Source: Cladosporium halotolerans (lineage: Eukaryota). From it: a stretch of 64,000 nucleotides of DNA. Below, piece after piece: positions 23,877 through 35,754 of the stretch (the first letter of the stretch is position 1; each line of letters begins with the position of its first letter). The translations under genes and the position numbers were made by a program. A model generated the notes under the pieces. It worked only from the letters and a program-made list of their open reading frames with translations. It was not told the DNA's origin and made no database searches. The stretch lies in assembly GCF_011745625.1 (NCBI RefSeq), contig NW_027191470.1:310001-374000 (forward strand), given 5' to 3'.

Positions 23877-26543
23877 ACCTGGATACCCCTGTACGGATAA
23901 TGAGAGAGTTCAGCATTGCCTCGAACAGAGGCCCCTTCATGCGATGATTCGTTCGAGCGAGAATTTGCTTTTGATCAGAAACCCGAGGGAAGCACGCTAG
24001 CTTCTTAGATTGCATTGATTTGCTGGACCGGTTCTTACACGATGCGTTCACGAGATACAAAGAGGTAATGGCTGAAGGCGAACACGAAGAGCTCGAAATT
24101 GCTTTGCCTAGACATACCTAACTGCAAGTTTGTCATGAAATGCGATACGACTGCTGCTGGTTTCATCGCCTCTGCTGATCGAGTGTCATGCCCCTGATGA
24201 GCCAAGGTAACAGTATTCACTAACCTTTTTATCTCGTTCCCCCCGAATATTCCCTTGTGATCACACCCAGCGATGCAGATTGTAGGATCTGCCCGGCCCG
24301 ACCTTCTTCATAGGACGGGCAGGAACGGAGCGTTGGCAGATTGAAATCATCTTGTTCTCTTCTCCTTTTCTTTTCTTTCGAGGGAAGACTTGGAGAGGGG
24401 AGCTTGATGCCGAGAATAGAAGGCACGCCTTTCAGACTTCTCTGCATGGAGAGTTGGCGCTCTTAATTGAGCGTGGGAGAGGCGGGCAAGAGAACCTCTT
24501 GGACATTTCTGCAATATTCATCTCCTTCACCTTTGCTCTTCACTTTTCACACGGACTGTTTCGTATCCCGTGGTGTTGTCTGCAGGCTGCATGCACGCGT
24601 CGCTCGATGCGTCCGGAGCTGTACGACGCCTGGCGGGGAATGATTGGTAGCTCACAAGGTAAGGTTGCCTTGAAACGTCCCTTTAGACGGGCGGGCATGC
24701 AGTCGAGACGTGACCGCGTCACTCTTCAATCACGCTGAGGTTTCGCGGACCAAGCATTATGCCGAAACAAGAATGTATCAATCAAAGTCGCCCGTGTCAC
24801 CCGGCCGTAGCCAACGCCTCACAATCCTTCAGCATCAAACGCGCTTCCCGCCCGTCACCCGCGCACGCCGCCGGCGCCATCACACATCGTCACACGCCGT
24901 CACGTGCCGCATGCGACGAGGCGCAGCAGAGCGAGAGCAGCGGCACACGTACCGTCGCCTGTAGGGCGGGCGCAGGCGGCTGCTGCGCGCGTGCTGGATG
25001 ACCAGCGGGCGCGGCTGGAGTGGGTGGTGTGGGTTGACGAGCGATCGGCTGGCGCCGCATCCTTGCTCGCGCGCCCCACCGCCCTGCATGCACGTCGCCT
25101 GCTGCAGTACGAGACGCACGCCACGCGAACTGGCGGTGCCGTGGGGGTGACGCTGGTGGAGGAGGTGGTGGAGGCGCGGAGGGCGGGTGCTGACGGGGGT
25201 GGTGGGGTGCGAGGTGAGGTGCTGGTGAGATGCTGAGCGTGCTTGTATGTATAGGGTAATATTAACGCTGTGCACACACTTGCGGTGTGATCGCTCCGCG
25301 TGGAAGACGGTGTCCCTCGTCCAGGCCGTGGCGTGGCGTATCTGTCGCAGGGCAGGGCGTGGGCCACAACGTTCGCCGGGCCGCGAGTGGCGTGCGGTCG
25401 GCGGCCCACATGGGGCCCAGGATGCGATGCGGAGCAGGCGGGCGGCCTGGCGAGTGGGTGGTGAGGCAGGCCGGCCGCTGATTCGGCGCCCTCGCAGCCA
25501 ATACCGCGCCATAACCCTGCGATGGCGCTGGTATTTTTGACGTGCATCACCTCACACGCCGCCGCTAGGCCACCGCACCCACGCCCGCGAGCAAAAGCGT
25601 GCAGCCGAGCTGGTGCGCGTTCGTCGTTGATCATTCACTGTCTGTCTGGCTGGCCTGGCCTGCCAGCCGCACGCTGCTTGCTGCTGCTGCTCTGCCCGTC
25701 GACAGCACCTACATACACTGCAGGCTACCTTACCTCACAGCACGCACAGCACCGCACCGCCGCCCTCACCCTCGCACAGCGCTCGCCTTGGCCTGCCCAC
25801 CGCGTCCGTCCACATGCATCCGGCGCGTCTGCCTTGATCGTCCAGCACCGCCGTCACGAGAGCTGCGTGCCAGCCAGTCAGGTACCGCCGCGCAGGGCTG
25901 AGCGTGTGAGACATCGACTCGCCGTAATCCACCTGCGCGTCAGCTCGCTCGACAGCACCAGACACCTCGCCTCATCCTCTGCGTAGCGCTGAGCAGCAGC
26001 TGCCCGCGAGCCTCCCACACCAACCGAAACACCCTCCGCGCCCGTCCGACGCCGCCCTCGACTGCGCTGTACACAGCCGCAGAGCGCCTGCGCCTAGCCG
26101 TCTCTGTGCCATCCTCCCGGCCCAATACCTGCCCTCCATCCCTTGCTTGCTGGCCCGGCAGCCTGCGACCCATCCTCCCGCCCAGCCCGCCAGCACCGCC
26201 CGAATCGCAAATCTATCCGTCGCCTGTGCGACTCGCCGCCGCTGCCCGCCACTCTGTGACCGGAAACCGCGGGCGGCTTCTGGTGTGAGATCTATTGTTA
26301 TAGGAGCGTGGATTGTCGGTCTTCGAGGGTGGATACCAGCCAGCGAGACGAGGCACGCGAGATCTCGAGAGGGAAACTGGGTCGAGCTCCGAGCCCATAT
26401 TGGACCGCAGCCGCGCCATGTCATGCGAATTCGATGAGGAGAGCTTTCGCCAGGGCATAGGCACATATCCTCCGCGGTGAACCAGCGAGTGCATCCGCGC
26501 CCACGAGTCACGCGCTCCCGCAATCTCAGGTCAAACTGCAGCG

Positions 26544-29500
26544 ATGAGTGCCGACGTTGCGCGGTGTGAGCCGACACCGCCCGCCAACACTCCAGCTTCT
26601 TTGATCCCTCGTATGACGCAGCGATATGCGCTGCCCATTCACCATCCGACCAGCCGGTACAGCACCGACGCCGCGATTTTGAGTGGTGACCGGACGTCTC
26701 GGGTTGAGAACACTCTGAGAAGGAAGACACCCAATGGCACTCTGACTGCAGGGTATCAATCAGATGAAGGACGGAACCCCCACAAGCATCAATTGGTGCC
26801 CAGAGAGACGCCGGCAGATCACCTCATATCGCAGCCGAATCCCGTCGGCAACAAACGCACTTTCTTAGAGCATCAGCAACAACGGCAGCATGGGCAGCAA
26901 TCTCCCTGGCCCGCTGTCGATGTGCAGGGCTGGGCTCAGACGCAGAATTATCAACCACCGCAATCGTTCCCAGTCATGGATTCGATGCTGAATCAAATGC
27001 CACAGCATCAATACAACACGGCACAACAGTACTATGCTTCGAGCCAGCCAACCTTTCTACAGCCTCCGTTTCAATATCTAGGCCCGACCGCATCCGGAGG
27101 GCAAGTCACTGGTCCTTATGGGCCGTATTGGCACGACGGTACCTTCGTGCCATATCGACCTGCCCCTGTACGAGATCCACGACTATATCAACATCCTCAT
27201 GGCGGTTGGCTTGGGTCGCTGCCTGGTCCGCATTTTGGACAACCAGCAACCGGGTTCCCGCCTAGAGCTTCTTCTCTCAACTATGGAACACAGGCCCTCG
27301 ACGCACAAAACTTCGGGGCTCCACCGGGTTTTTCAACTCCGCTTTACATTAACAATGTCCAGCATGCTTACAGGGAGCCGCTAATTCAGCAGCAAGGAAC
27401 TCTGCATGTCGACCCTTCACGCGGCCTTCCCCAATCGATGGGTATGGTGCCACCAGGACCAAATTATGCCAATCCTCCACAGCTCGGCTTGCAGGATATC
27501 AGTGCAGAGTACGGCCCTTCTTCGCCGAACGGTCAGCAAAGAGACAGGACATTCATTTGGGCGCTGCAACAATATCGAGAGCTGCTTGCGTTCATCCATC
27601 TTACTAAACGCCAACAAGTGGCCGCCAGGCAGGTCGACGGTCAGACACAAGTCACACAGCGGCCTCATTTCTACCCACAGCCGCCGAAGCTGTCGCGCGC
27701 AGGTCATTCTTTCCACGGCAGCAGGCGCAAGTCAATCACGGTGTCTAAAGAAGCGATCGAGAAACGCCTCCGTCGCTCTTCGGATCCGACAAGCGCACAT
27801 TCCTCAGGGAAAGGCGGGTCGCCCGACGATCGAGACGGTGATGATGTCGAGACGCCGAAAGCGCGCTCACCGACATCGGGCCTGATCACTGGTGCTAATT
27901 CACTGGATATCGGCCAGAGACAGAATGCGTCCGGGCACGGGCAACCGCAGGGCAGTCAGACAAGTAGCTTTGTCAACGGACAACAGGAGAAAGTGCGCAC
28001 ACTCCGCAGGTCGAGCGGCTCGTCCATTCAGTCAGTCACTTCGCCAGGTTTGCCGCAAGACAATTCACCGCCTTCGAGAGCAAGCCTTGCTCTTTCGCAA
28101 ATAACAAAATTGTGTCAAGAGACTGACTGGCGGTGGATTGATGGAATGCACTTGGGTGGCTGCATCGCTTATGGTCTTGGGAAATATCACAAGGCTCTCA
28201 AGTGGTACTCCAAGGTGCTCGAACAGGATCCAAAGCATCTGGAGGCTTTGTCCAACCTTGCCGCTACTATGCTCGCACTTGGTCGAAGGCAAGAGGCCGA
28301 GCAGCACTGGATGAAGGTCGTGAAGGCGGCGCCCAGTCATTTCGAGGCTGTGGAGCACTTGATTGGTCTCCTCTGCACTGAACACCGGAGCAAAGACGCC
28401 ATCAAAGTCATTGAGTATGTCGAAGCGAACTTGCGGTATCCTCGCAGCTCGGGTCTGCTTCAGACGCCTGACAAGCAGAGCGAGTGCGACTCCTCTAACG
28501 CCAGCCGATCTCCGGTAATCTCTGAAGTGTCTGATAAGATGGCCTTCGACTTCGATGCCGATGCAGACTCTGTTCCCGGCTGGAAGGATCCGGCGGGCGC
28601 GTCTGAACCTGGCTTTGGATCTAGTGGGTTCGCGATTCCTGGCTGTGACAATGGACGTATCCTCGCTCTCATACACGCAAAAGGTAATATGCTCTACGGG
28701 ACTGGGGACAACGGAGGCGCGGCACGAGCGTTCGAGGACGCGGTGCTCATTGCAGCGGGGAGACAATTCGACAACATCCAGGGCTTGGTCAACCACATCC
28801 TGAAAGTCGTCTCTCTGAACCTTCAACAACGTGGACCACACGATCATCGTCCTCTTCCGATGGAGCCGATCCTCTTGACACCGGAGCAAGCGCTGGCGAC
28901 TGCTAAACTGTGCTTTCCATTCTTTGGCGAATTGCCTGGCTTGCAGCACGTGCCTGGTAGTCCCCAGAGCACTCCTCGTAAAGCCGGCATCTCCACAACT
29001 AGCAACTCCCTCTTGTCACTGGCAAAGATTTTCCAAGATGGAATGTCAAATACCAGTCGCGCGGCTGGCGTCACTCCCCTCGCGTCAGGGGTCCGTGATA
29101 TTCTGGCCTTGTACTACCTTTCTTTGTCGCTTCAACCATCACCTTCCACCGCGAACAATGTCGGTATCCTCCTCGCCAGCGTGCAACAAGTCGCGCCGGC
29201 GACTCACGTTCCGCGCAAATATGACATTCCAGGTGTCGTCCCAGGCAGCGGCATTGCACTAGCTCTGCAATACTACAATTACGGCCTACAGCTCGATCAA
29301 CACCACGCACATCTCTACACAAACCTCGGCAGTCTCTTGAAGGACATCGGCCAGCTCGACGCGGCCATTGGCATGTACGAGCGCGCGGTCAAGTGTGACG
29401 GTAAATTCGACATTGCTCTCGCGAACCTCGCCAACGCTGTTAAGGACAAGGGCAGGATCAGCGACGCTATCACGTACTACAGGCGTGCCGTGGAGGTCAG

Positions 29501-31505
29501 TCCCGAGTTTGCAGAGGCTGTCTGCGGGCTTGCCAATGCGCTGAACTCGGTGTGCGGTTGGCAGGCTAGAGGCGGCATCGCGGACGACGGTGGTAAGCGT
29601 GATAGGTGGCATGTCGATTCTACTGGTATGCTCTTGGATGCGAGACTGCCTGGAGCCGTTAGCTCAGGCTGGATCAAGCGTGTCGTCGATATCGTCGAGA
29701 AGCAGCTCCGTGATGGAGAAGGCTGGGGTCGGGCTACGCTTGGGCCAACGACACTTCACGACATCGTCCAGCAAATTCTGACTCTAGATGGCGCTGACAA
29801 GGATCGTGCGGAGAGAGAGGGAAGCCTTCGTAAGACGATCGCATCATGGGCGGGCAAAGTTTGGGAAGGCGCAAGAATCACACGGCTGGTCGAACGAGCC
29901 ACGCGCCGGATCGCCTGGCACTGGTACAACGACCTCTACGTCTTGAAGAGGCATCGGCCCGCTTCGAGCTACACCCGCCCAATGTTACCCGCCAACCTTC
30001 CCGTGCCAACTGCGCCGACAGTCTTGCCCTTCCACACCTTCACAGCGCCGATGTCCGCCAAGCAGATCCGTCTGATTTCTCAGAGGAATGGGCTCAGGAT
30101 CTCGGTGTGTACATTGCGCTCGCCGTGGCTTCCCAAGCAGGTGTTTCCTCCGCCAAAACCGCCAGCGCCGTACTTGCGTGTCGGCTATGTCTCGTCTGAC
30201 TTTAACAATCACCCGCTTGCGCATCTGATGCAGTCGGTCTTCGGCTTGCACGACACTTCTCGCGTCAAGGCGTATTGTTACGCGACTACTGCGAGCGACA
30301 AATCGATTCACCGGCGGCAGATCGAGAAGGAAGCTCCTGTCTTTTACGATGCAAGTGCGTGGCCTGTCGAGCGATTGGTGGCTCAGATTGTCAATGATGG
30401 CATCCATATCTTGGTCAACCTCAACGGCTACACCCGAGGAGCTCGCAACGAGGTGTTCGCGGCCCGTCCGGCGCCTATTCAGATGTCGTTCATGGGCTTC
30501 GCCGGCACGCTTGGTGCAGAGTGGTGTGATTATCTCCTGGCCGACAAGACATCAGTACCGCCCGAGACCCTTCGTCCCTGGCGCCGCAACATCGACCTCG
30601 AAGATCAAATGGTCGACGATAACAGCGGCGGGGACAACGAGGACTGGGTATACGGCGAAAACATCATCTACTGCCGCGACACCTTCTTCTGCTGCGACCA
30701 CCGGCAAAGCGCCCCCGACGCCAAAGACAACCACACCAGCTGGGACGAAGAGCAAACGCGGCGCTGGCAGATGCGCAAGGAGCTCTTCCCCCAGCTCTCC
30801 GACGACACGATCATCTTCGCCAACTTCAACCAGCTCTACAAAATCGAGCCCACCACCTTCCGCACCTGGCTGCGCATCCTCGCCCGCGTCCCCAACGCCG
30901 TCCTCTGGCTCCTCCGCTTCCCGGACCTCGGCGAGTCCCACCTCCTGCACACCGCCCGCCGCTGGGCCACCCCCGACGTCGCCGCCCGCATCCTCTTCAC
31001 CGACGTCGCCCCCAAGCACCTGCACATCTCGCGCGCCCGCGTCTGCGACCTCGTCCTCGACACCCCGGAGTGCAACGCCCACACCACCGCCGCCGACGTC
31101 CTCTGGAGCGGCACGCCCCTGCTCACCCTCCCGCGCTACGCCTACAAGATGTGCTCGCGCATGGCGGCCTCCATCCTGCTCGGCGCGCTGCCCAAGGACG
31201 CCGAGGGCTCGCGCGCGGCGTCCGAGCTCGTCGCGCGCTCGGAGGAGGACTACGAGGAGAAAGCCGTCGCGCTGGGCGCGGGGCTGGCGTATCGGCGGGA
31301 GAGCGGGGGCCGCGGCGCCGGCAGGCTGATGGAGCTGCGCCGCATGCTGTTCCGCGCGCGGTGGAGCAGTGCGCTGTTCGACACGGGGCGGTGGACGAGG
31401 GATCTGGAGGACGCGTACGAGGAGGCTTGGAGGCGGTGGGTCGAGGGGCGCGGGGGAGATATTTGGCTGGAGAGGTTGCCGAGGGGGAGGGTGGAGGAGC
31501 TGTAG
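26544..31505 (+). CDS. ogt: UDP-GlcNAc:peptide O-GlcNAc transferase (glycosyltransferase family 41, TPR-containing)
   Basis: 1653-aa ORF with TPR repeats (LYTNLGSLLKDIG, ALANLANAVKDKG) and GT41 catalytic motifs RVGYVSSDFNNHPLAHL, LNGYTRGARNEVFAARPAPIQ, NFNQLYKI and LDTPECNAHTTAADVLWSG. Confidence 0.95.
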   Translation: MSADVARCEPTPPANTPASLIPRMTQRYALPIHHPTSRYSTDAAILSGDRTSRVENTLRRKTPNGTLTAGYQSDEGRNPHKHQLVPRETPADHLISQPNPVGNKRTFLEHQQQRQHGQQSPWPAVDVQGWAQTQNYQPPQSFPVMDSMLNQMPQHQYNTAQQYYASSQPTFLQPPFQYLGPTASGGQVTGPYGPYWHDGTFVPYRPAPVRDPRLYQHPHGGWLGSLPGPHFGQPATGFPPRASSLNYGTQALDAQNFGAPPGFSTPLYINNVQHAYREPLIQQQGTLHVDPSRGLPQSMGMVPPGPNYANPPQLGLQDISAEYGPSSPNGQQRDRTFIWALQQYRELLAFIHLTKRQQVAARQVDGQTQVTQRPHFYPQPPKLSRAGHSFHGSRRKSITVSKEAIEKRLRRSSDPTSAHSSGKGGSPDDRDGDDVETPKARSPTSGLITGANSLDIGQRQNASGHGQPQGSQTSSFVNGQQEKVRTLRRSSGSSIQSVTSPGLPQDNSPPSRASLALSQITKLCQETDWRWIDGMHLGGCIAYGLGKYHKALKWYSKVLEQDPKHLEALSNLAATMLALGRRQEAEQHWMKVVKAAPSHFEAVEHLIGLLCTEHRSKDAIKVIEYVEANLRYPRSSGLLQTPDKQSECDSSNASRSPVISEVSDKMAFDFDADADSVPGWKDPAGASEPGFGSSGFAIPGCDNGRILALIHAKGNMLYGTGDNGGAARAFEDAVLIAAGRQFDNIQGLVNHILKVVSLNLQQRGPHDHRPLPMEPILLTPEQALATAKLCFPFFGELPGLQHVPGSPQSTPRKAGISTTSNSLLSLAKIFQDGMSNTSRAAGVTPLASGVRDILALYYLSLSLQPSPSTANNVGILLASVQQVAPATHVPRKYDIPGVVPGSGIALALQYYNYGLQLDQHHAHLYTNLGSLLKDIGQLDAAIGMYERAVKCDGKFDIALANLANAVKDKGRISDAITYYRRAVEVSPEFAEAVCGLANALNSVCGWQARGGIADDGGKRDRWHVDSTGMLLDARLPGAVSSGWIKRVVDIVEKQLRDGEGWGRATLGPTTLHDIVQQILTLDGADKDRAEREGSLRKTIASWAGKVWEGARITRLVERATRRIAWHWYNDLYVLKRHRPASSYTRPMLPANLPVPTAPTVLPFHTFTAPMSAKQIRLISQRNGLRISVCTLRSPWLPKQVFPPPKPPAPYLRVGYVSSDFNNHPLAHLMQSVFGLHDTSRVKAYCYATTASDKSIHRRQIEKEAPVFYDASAWPVERLVAQIVNDGIHILVNLNGYTRGARNEVFAARPAPIQMSFMGFAGTLGAEWCDYLLADKTSVPPETLRPWRRNIDLEDQMVDDNSGGDNEDWVYGENIIYCRDTFFCCDHRQSAPDAKDNHTSWDEEQTRRWQMRKELFPQLSDDTIIFANFNQLYKIEPTTFRTWLRILARVPNAVLWLLRFPDLGESHLLHTARRWATPDVAARILFTDVAPKHLHISRARVCDLVLDTPECNAHTTAADVLWSGTPLLTLPRYAYKMCSRMAASILLGALPKDAEGSRAASELVARSEEDYEEKAVALGAGLAYRRESGGRGAGRLMELRRMLFRARWSSALFDTGRWTRDLEDAYEEAWRRWVEGRGGDIWLERLPRGRVEEL

Positions 31506-32017
31506 GTAGGTTTGTTGGGGTCGGGTTTGGATCAGGGTGGGCTTTTTCTCTTCTCTTCTCTTCTCTTGTCTTGGAAATTTGGCATTCGTTCTGGGTTGTT
31601 TTGCGTCGGCTGAGGCGTCGATGCGGCGTTTTGGGGGAAACGGTTTGAATGTTTGAAGCTTGGATGGTATGGTATGGGATGGGATGGTGGCAATATTGGG
31701 GAGAAGGGAATATTCCGCTTCGGCAGACAGAAGCGAAGGCAAACGATTCCCTACGAATCACGATAGAAGCAAACGCTTGGCGAGTTGTACCGACTCGATT
31801 TTGTTCGAACGACCCTTGATTACTATCCCTTACACATTACAGCAGAAGCTGTCGTAGCCGGTCTGTGCCCCTCTGCTATGTTACACTGTGACCATGACTT
31901 CAAATCACTCACCTCCCAAAACCCTTGTCCGTTGAGACCGGACGCCCAAAACTCCCTCCCTAAATCAAAAATGGTGTACATCCGATCCGCCCTCCCAACC
32001 GCCCAAGTCAATCTCTC

Positions 32018-34062
32018 TCAAGAAGGCACGCCCTCATAATCCCACCCGTCATCCCCCCTCTTCCTCCTCCGCCGCGTATTCCTCCGATTCGCCGCACACT
32101 TGATGAACACCGTCAACAGCGCCAGCACAAAAACAATCACCGCCGCGACCGTCGGCACGACGATCGTGCGGCCCTCCCCGACCTGCTGCGCCTGGTACGG
32201 ACACGTGCCGTTCTGCCCGATGACCCAGCAGCGCACGACGTCGAGGTCGTTGAAGTCGACCCACAGCAGCTCGTCGTCGACGGCGTTCTCCGCGCGGTAC
32301 GAGCGCCAGGCGGAGGACAGGTAGGCGTTCTCGAGCGCGCTGCGCGAGGCCGTGAAGGCGTTCGTGCCGCGGCAGGCGTCGCCGGCTTTGGCGTAGGCGG
32401 CGCTCGCGTCGGAGATGCGGAAGGTGTAGGGTTGGGAGCTGACGCGGCAGGCGGCGTGGTGCGAGGCGCCGCAGTCGTGGGCTTGCCAGCGGGAGGTGGT
32501 GGCGTTGAGGACGGCGCAGCGGTTGAGGGTCGCGGGGTTGGTGTCTGGGAGGGAGTTGTCGGGGGCTTGGGGTTCGTTGTCGGCCCAGGACCAGATGGTG
32601 GCGAGGGCGTAGGATTTGTAGGGTAGAGGATCGGTGTCTGCTGTGGTGTTGGAGAGGGTGCTGTTGAGGACGGCGGAGATGCCGCAGTCGGTGAGGTTGC
32701 TGGCTTGGGCGAGGTGGAGAGAAGCGTCTGCTGGGAGAAGGTCGGAGGAGTACGTTCCGGTGATGGCCCAGGAGTTGTTTGCGCTTTCGACGGAATCGGC
32801 GTCCGGGTTGAAGATGCAGCCGTTAGTTATGCTTCCGTTGCTGGCGTATGTAACGTCTCTGGGGCTTTCGATGTAATCCGGCGGGAAGATTGTGGAGGCG
32901 TCAGCGGATCGATTGTAGCCTTCCATTTCTGAGTCGATGTGTCCAAAGCCAGCAAATAGCCGCTTGGCTCTAGCGAATTCAACGACACTTTCGCTCGGCC
33001 AGCCGTCAGCGGTTGAGTCGATGTTGTTGTCCGAGTTCACATCATAGTAAGCTGTGTCTGGAGAGTCAGAAGGGCTTACTGTTAACCAGCTGCCGGGTTG
33101 GTTGAGATCGGCTCGCTGGTCTGCAAGAGCCTGTGGTGTGTAGAGGTATTCCGAGTTGTTCGCAGCGATCAAGCTGCTGAGCATGTTGTTGCCTTGAGGG
33201 AGATTGCCATCCGAAGGAGAGGAGCCGCTGCTGTCAGAGTCTGATGCCGGCGCGGCGGCGTGTAAGTTCATGATCAGATACTTTGTGGTGGCGTTAAGGT
33301 TGTCCTCTGTGTCGAGAAAGTGCCCATGTAAAATCTGCATAAATGCGTGGAAGTCCAGCTGTGTCGAACAGATGTATCCGCCAACACTCAAGAGCGTCCC
33401 ATCATTCGGGACGTCAGTAGGTTCAGGCCCTGGTGCTTGCACACCAGGTGCTGAGCTGTCGTCGACCAAAGTCTGTGTCGTTGTAGCAGAAGGAAATGTC
33501 GACGCGGGAACGAGAGATCTGCTACTCCGTGAAAGCGAAGTCATCTCTTCCGTATCAGTCTGCCGTGGTCTCAGCCTTGCAGTGGCTGTAGCAAACTCGC
33601 TTTCCCGCAATGGCGAAGCTTCCGACGTCCCGCCCAGCTCCTCTGCGGCCAGCGTAGTGCTTTCCACTGAGGTTTGTGAAGTCGTCGATGCTTGTGTGAC
33701 GCTCAGCTGAGGCTGTACCTCTCCCAGCTCAACGGGGCAGAAGCTCCATGTCGTCCGGCTAACGTCCCAATACAGGTCAATTTCCAGTCGTCTGAAGCCA
33801 GCCGCCAGGAGGTTGGAAATGCATTTTGCGCCAGATGCGCTGTCGTAGCGGCCGAATGCAAAGCATGCCGGGGTCAGCAACACTCCTGGAACAGTCACGT
33901 AATTGACTGGTATCGCTGCCGACAGGTCGCGCTGGGACTGCAGAACGTTAGCAATGCGCAAGGTCGGTGGCGATGGTGAGGTCCTGGACGCACTAATGAC
34001 CGGATGAAGTCCAAGTCGCCTGGCAACGCGTCTGCATCTGGATCGTACAGCGAGGCCGACAT
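32018..34062 (-). CDS. MTC6: Mtc6-like (maintenance of telomere capping 6) membrane protein with a C-type-lectin-like domain, 2 coding exons
   Basis: Exon 1 34062..33994 (MSASLYDPDAD...), intron 33993..33938 (GTGCGT...GCTAAC...CAG), exon 2 33937..32018. Motifs SQRDLS..PVNYVT.PGV, GFRRLEIDLYWD, WSWADNEP and LWVDFN...CWV, then a C-terminal TM helix and basic tail. A probable 5'UTR intron lies at 34110..34067. Confidence 0.85.
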
Positions 34063-35739
34063 GCCGCTGCGCCGTCAAGGATCCGGATCGGCCAATTATA
34101 AATTACATACTATGACGCGGCAGTGCAAGTGCAAGTGAGGTTCGCGATCACGTGGCGACCGACGAGCTGGTGGAGGTGGCTCAGTCGTGCTGTGGCTGCT
34201 CAGTCTCCAGCCAAGAGATGAGGCTCTCTCCTGCCTCAGGCCGGCAGATTTTGACATGCAGCCTCCCAACCCCATCCCTGCGCAGATCGGCTTCGCTTGT
34301 GCCGACCGTCAAGCCTCTGCTCGCCGTTTCAGGCCACCCTACGAACTACCGAGAATCCAGGGAATGCTTGCTATCTTGAGACGGGCCAGATGATATCATG
34401 ATCTGCCTGTCACAATCGGCGCGCTCGTCACAGGCTCTGGTGGGACTCGTGTCTGAAGATCCCCGACAATCCGCCTAGAGCATATCGTGAGTCGAGGTGG
34501 ACATTCGAGGCTCGTTCGGCGGAAGGGTTACGATTTTCGGACAAACCTTCTGACTCATTTTCCCGAGGAGCTGGCAACATCACGAGCTCAGAAACGCCCC
34601 TTACCAGACACGAGGCGCGAAGAAAATCACCCCCAGTAAAAGGAGGCTCACCGAGTCACCTGATCTCCAACGAACCCACCCGTCAGCCCCACCTCCAAAA
34701 TCGCAACGGCACCGGAAATCGGCTCAGCGCTCATCAGGCAAGACCCCTGATTCAGCAGCCCACCCTCGAAGTCGCGTACCGTACATACCAGGCCTCACAT
34801 ACATCCTCGAACCCAGCAAGTCCCAAACCCAGTTCGAGGCGGTGAAGCGTCCCAAACCAGCACCTTTCCCACCTCTCTCACGCCATCAAGTGCCAGCATA
34901 CGTAGCGTACCAAAGAAAAAAAGAATGGAGTCTCCAAAATAACAGCAACCCAAAAAAAATCGTCCCCACCAACCTGAAACCAGGCGCGCCCCCCTCTTCA
35001 ACCTCTGACGGGCGCGTGATGCCTGCCCACCACGCTCCCTTTTCTCTCGGCCGTTTCGTGGGATTTCCGTTTGTCGTCGTTGGCGCCTGTGCCCTGTGCC
35101 CTGGGCCGACCGAGGAGCGCCGTTGCGGGCTGCGCGTGGGTGAGAACGCTAAACGTGCGCAAAGCTTCCCTGGAGCCTGGTGATCACAGAGCTGCTGCCT
35201 CGCACGCGCCCATCGCGCGCCATAGCTCCCGGAGGGGAGGCGGGCTTCTGTTGACGAGGGCTTCAACGTGAGCGTGCAGCCGACGACGATTCGTCTGCGT
35301 CCAGCATGGACTAGCATCAACATACCCGTTCCTGTCCTGCCCTGATCTGCCCTACAGCACCACAACGCGCACCGCTCTCCTCCCAAGCCCGCAACCGCCC
35401 AAACACAAAAACAACACCCGCCCACCAAAAACCTCCGCTCCCGTCCGTCAGAGGCAGAAAAGCGCCGCTAGCGTCCCGGCGTCACTAGCGTACCGGCCGC
35501 TTTGGAACGACACCAGCAACGCAAAGCCAAACTCTCTAACCGGAAAGCCAAAAGAGCCAGAAAGAAGCGGGACGCGAAAAGCAAAGGGGAGAGAAGAAAA
35601 AAACTCTCTGCAGCATCGTCCCGTGCGTGGGTTAGAGTTTGGGCCCGTTTCGTTCGTCGTGCGTTCGGCCGGGGCTGGGACTTGGACGTGAACGTGGCGC
35701 CCTGGTCGCGTCGATACCTAGTGTAGCCTTTTCGTTCTT

Positions 35740-35754
35740 GCGCGCGCGCGCGCG
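35740..35754. repeat. G(CG)7 alternating purine-pyrimidine tract
   Basis: Sequence gcgcgcgcgcgcgcg is read directly. Confidence 0.85.

Noticed and set aside
30349..31761. Long shadow ORFs overlapping OGT (similarly over BMS1, the kinase, the AKR and the RhoGAP)
   Set aside because: They are antisense or alternate-frame consequences of strong C/G third-position bias in the real CDS.
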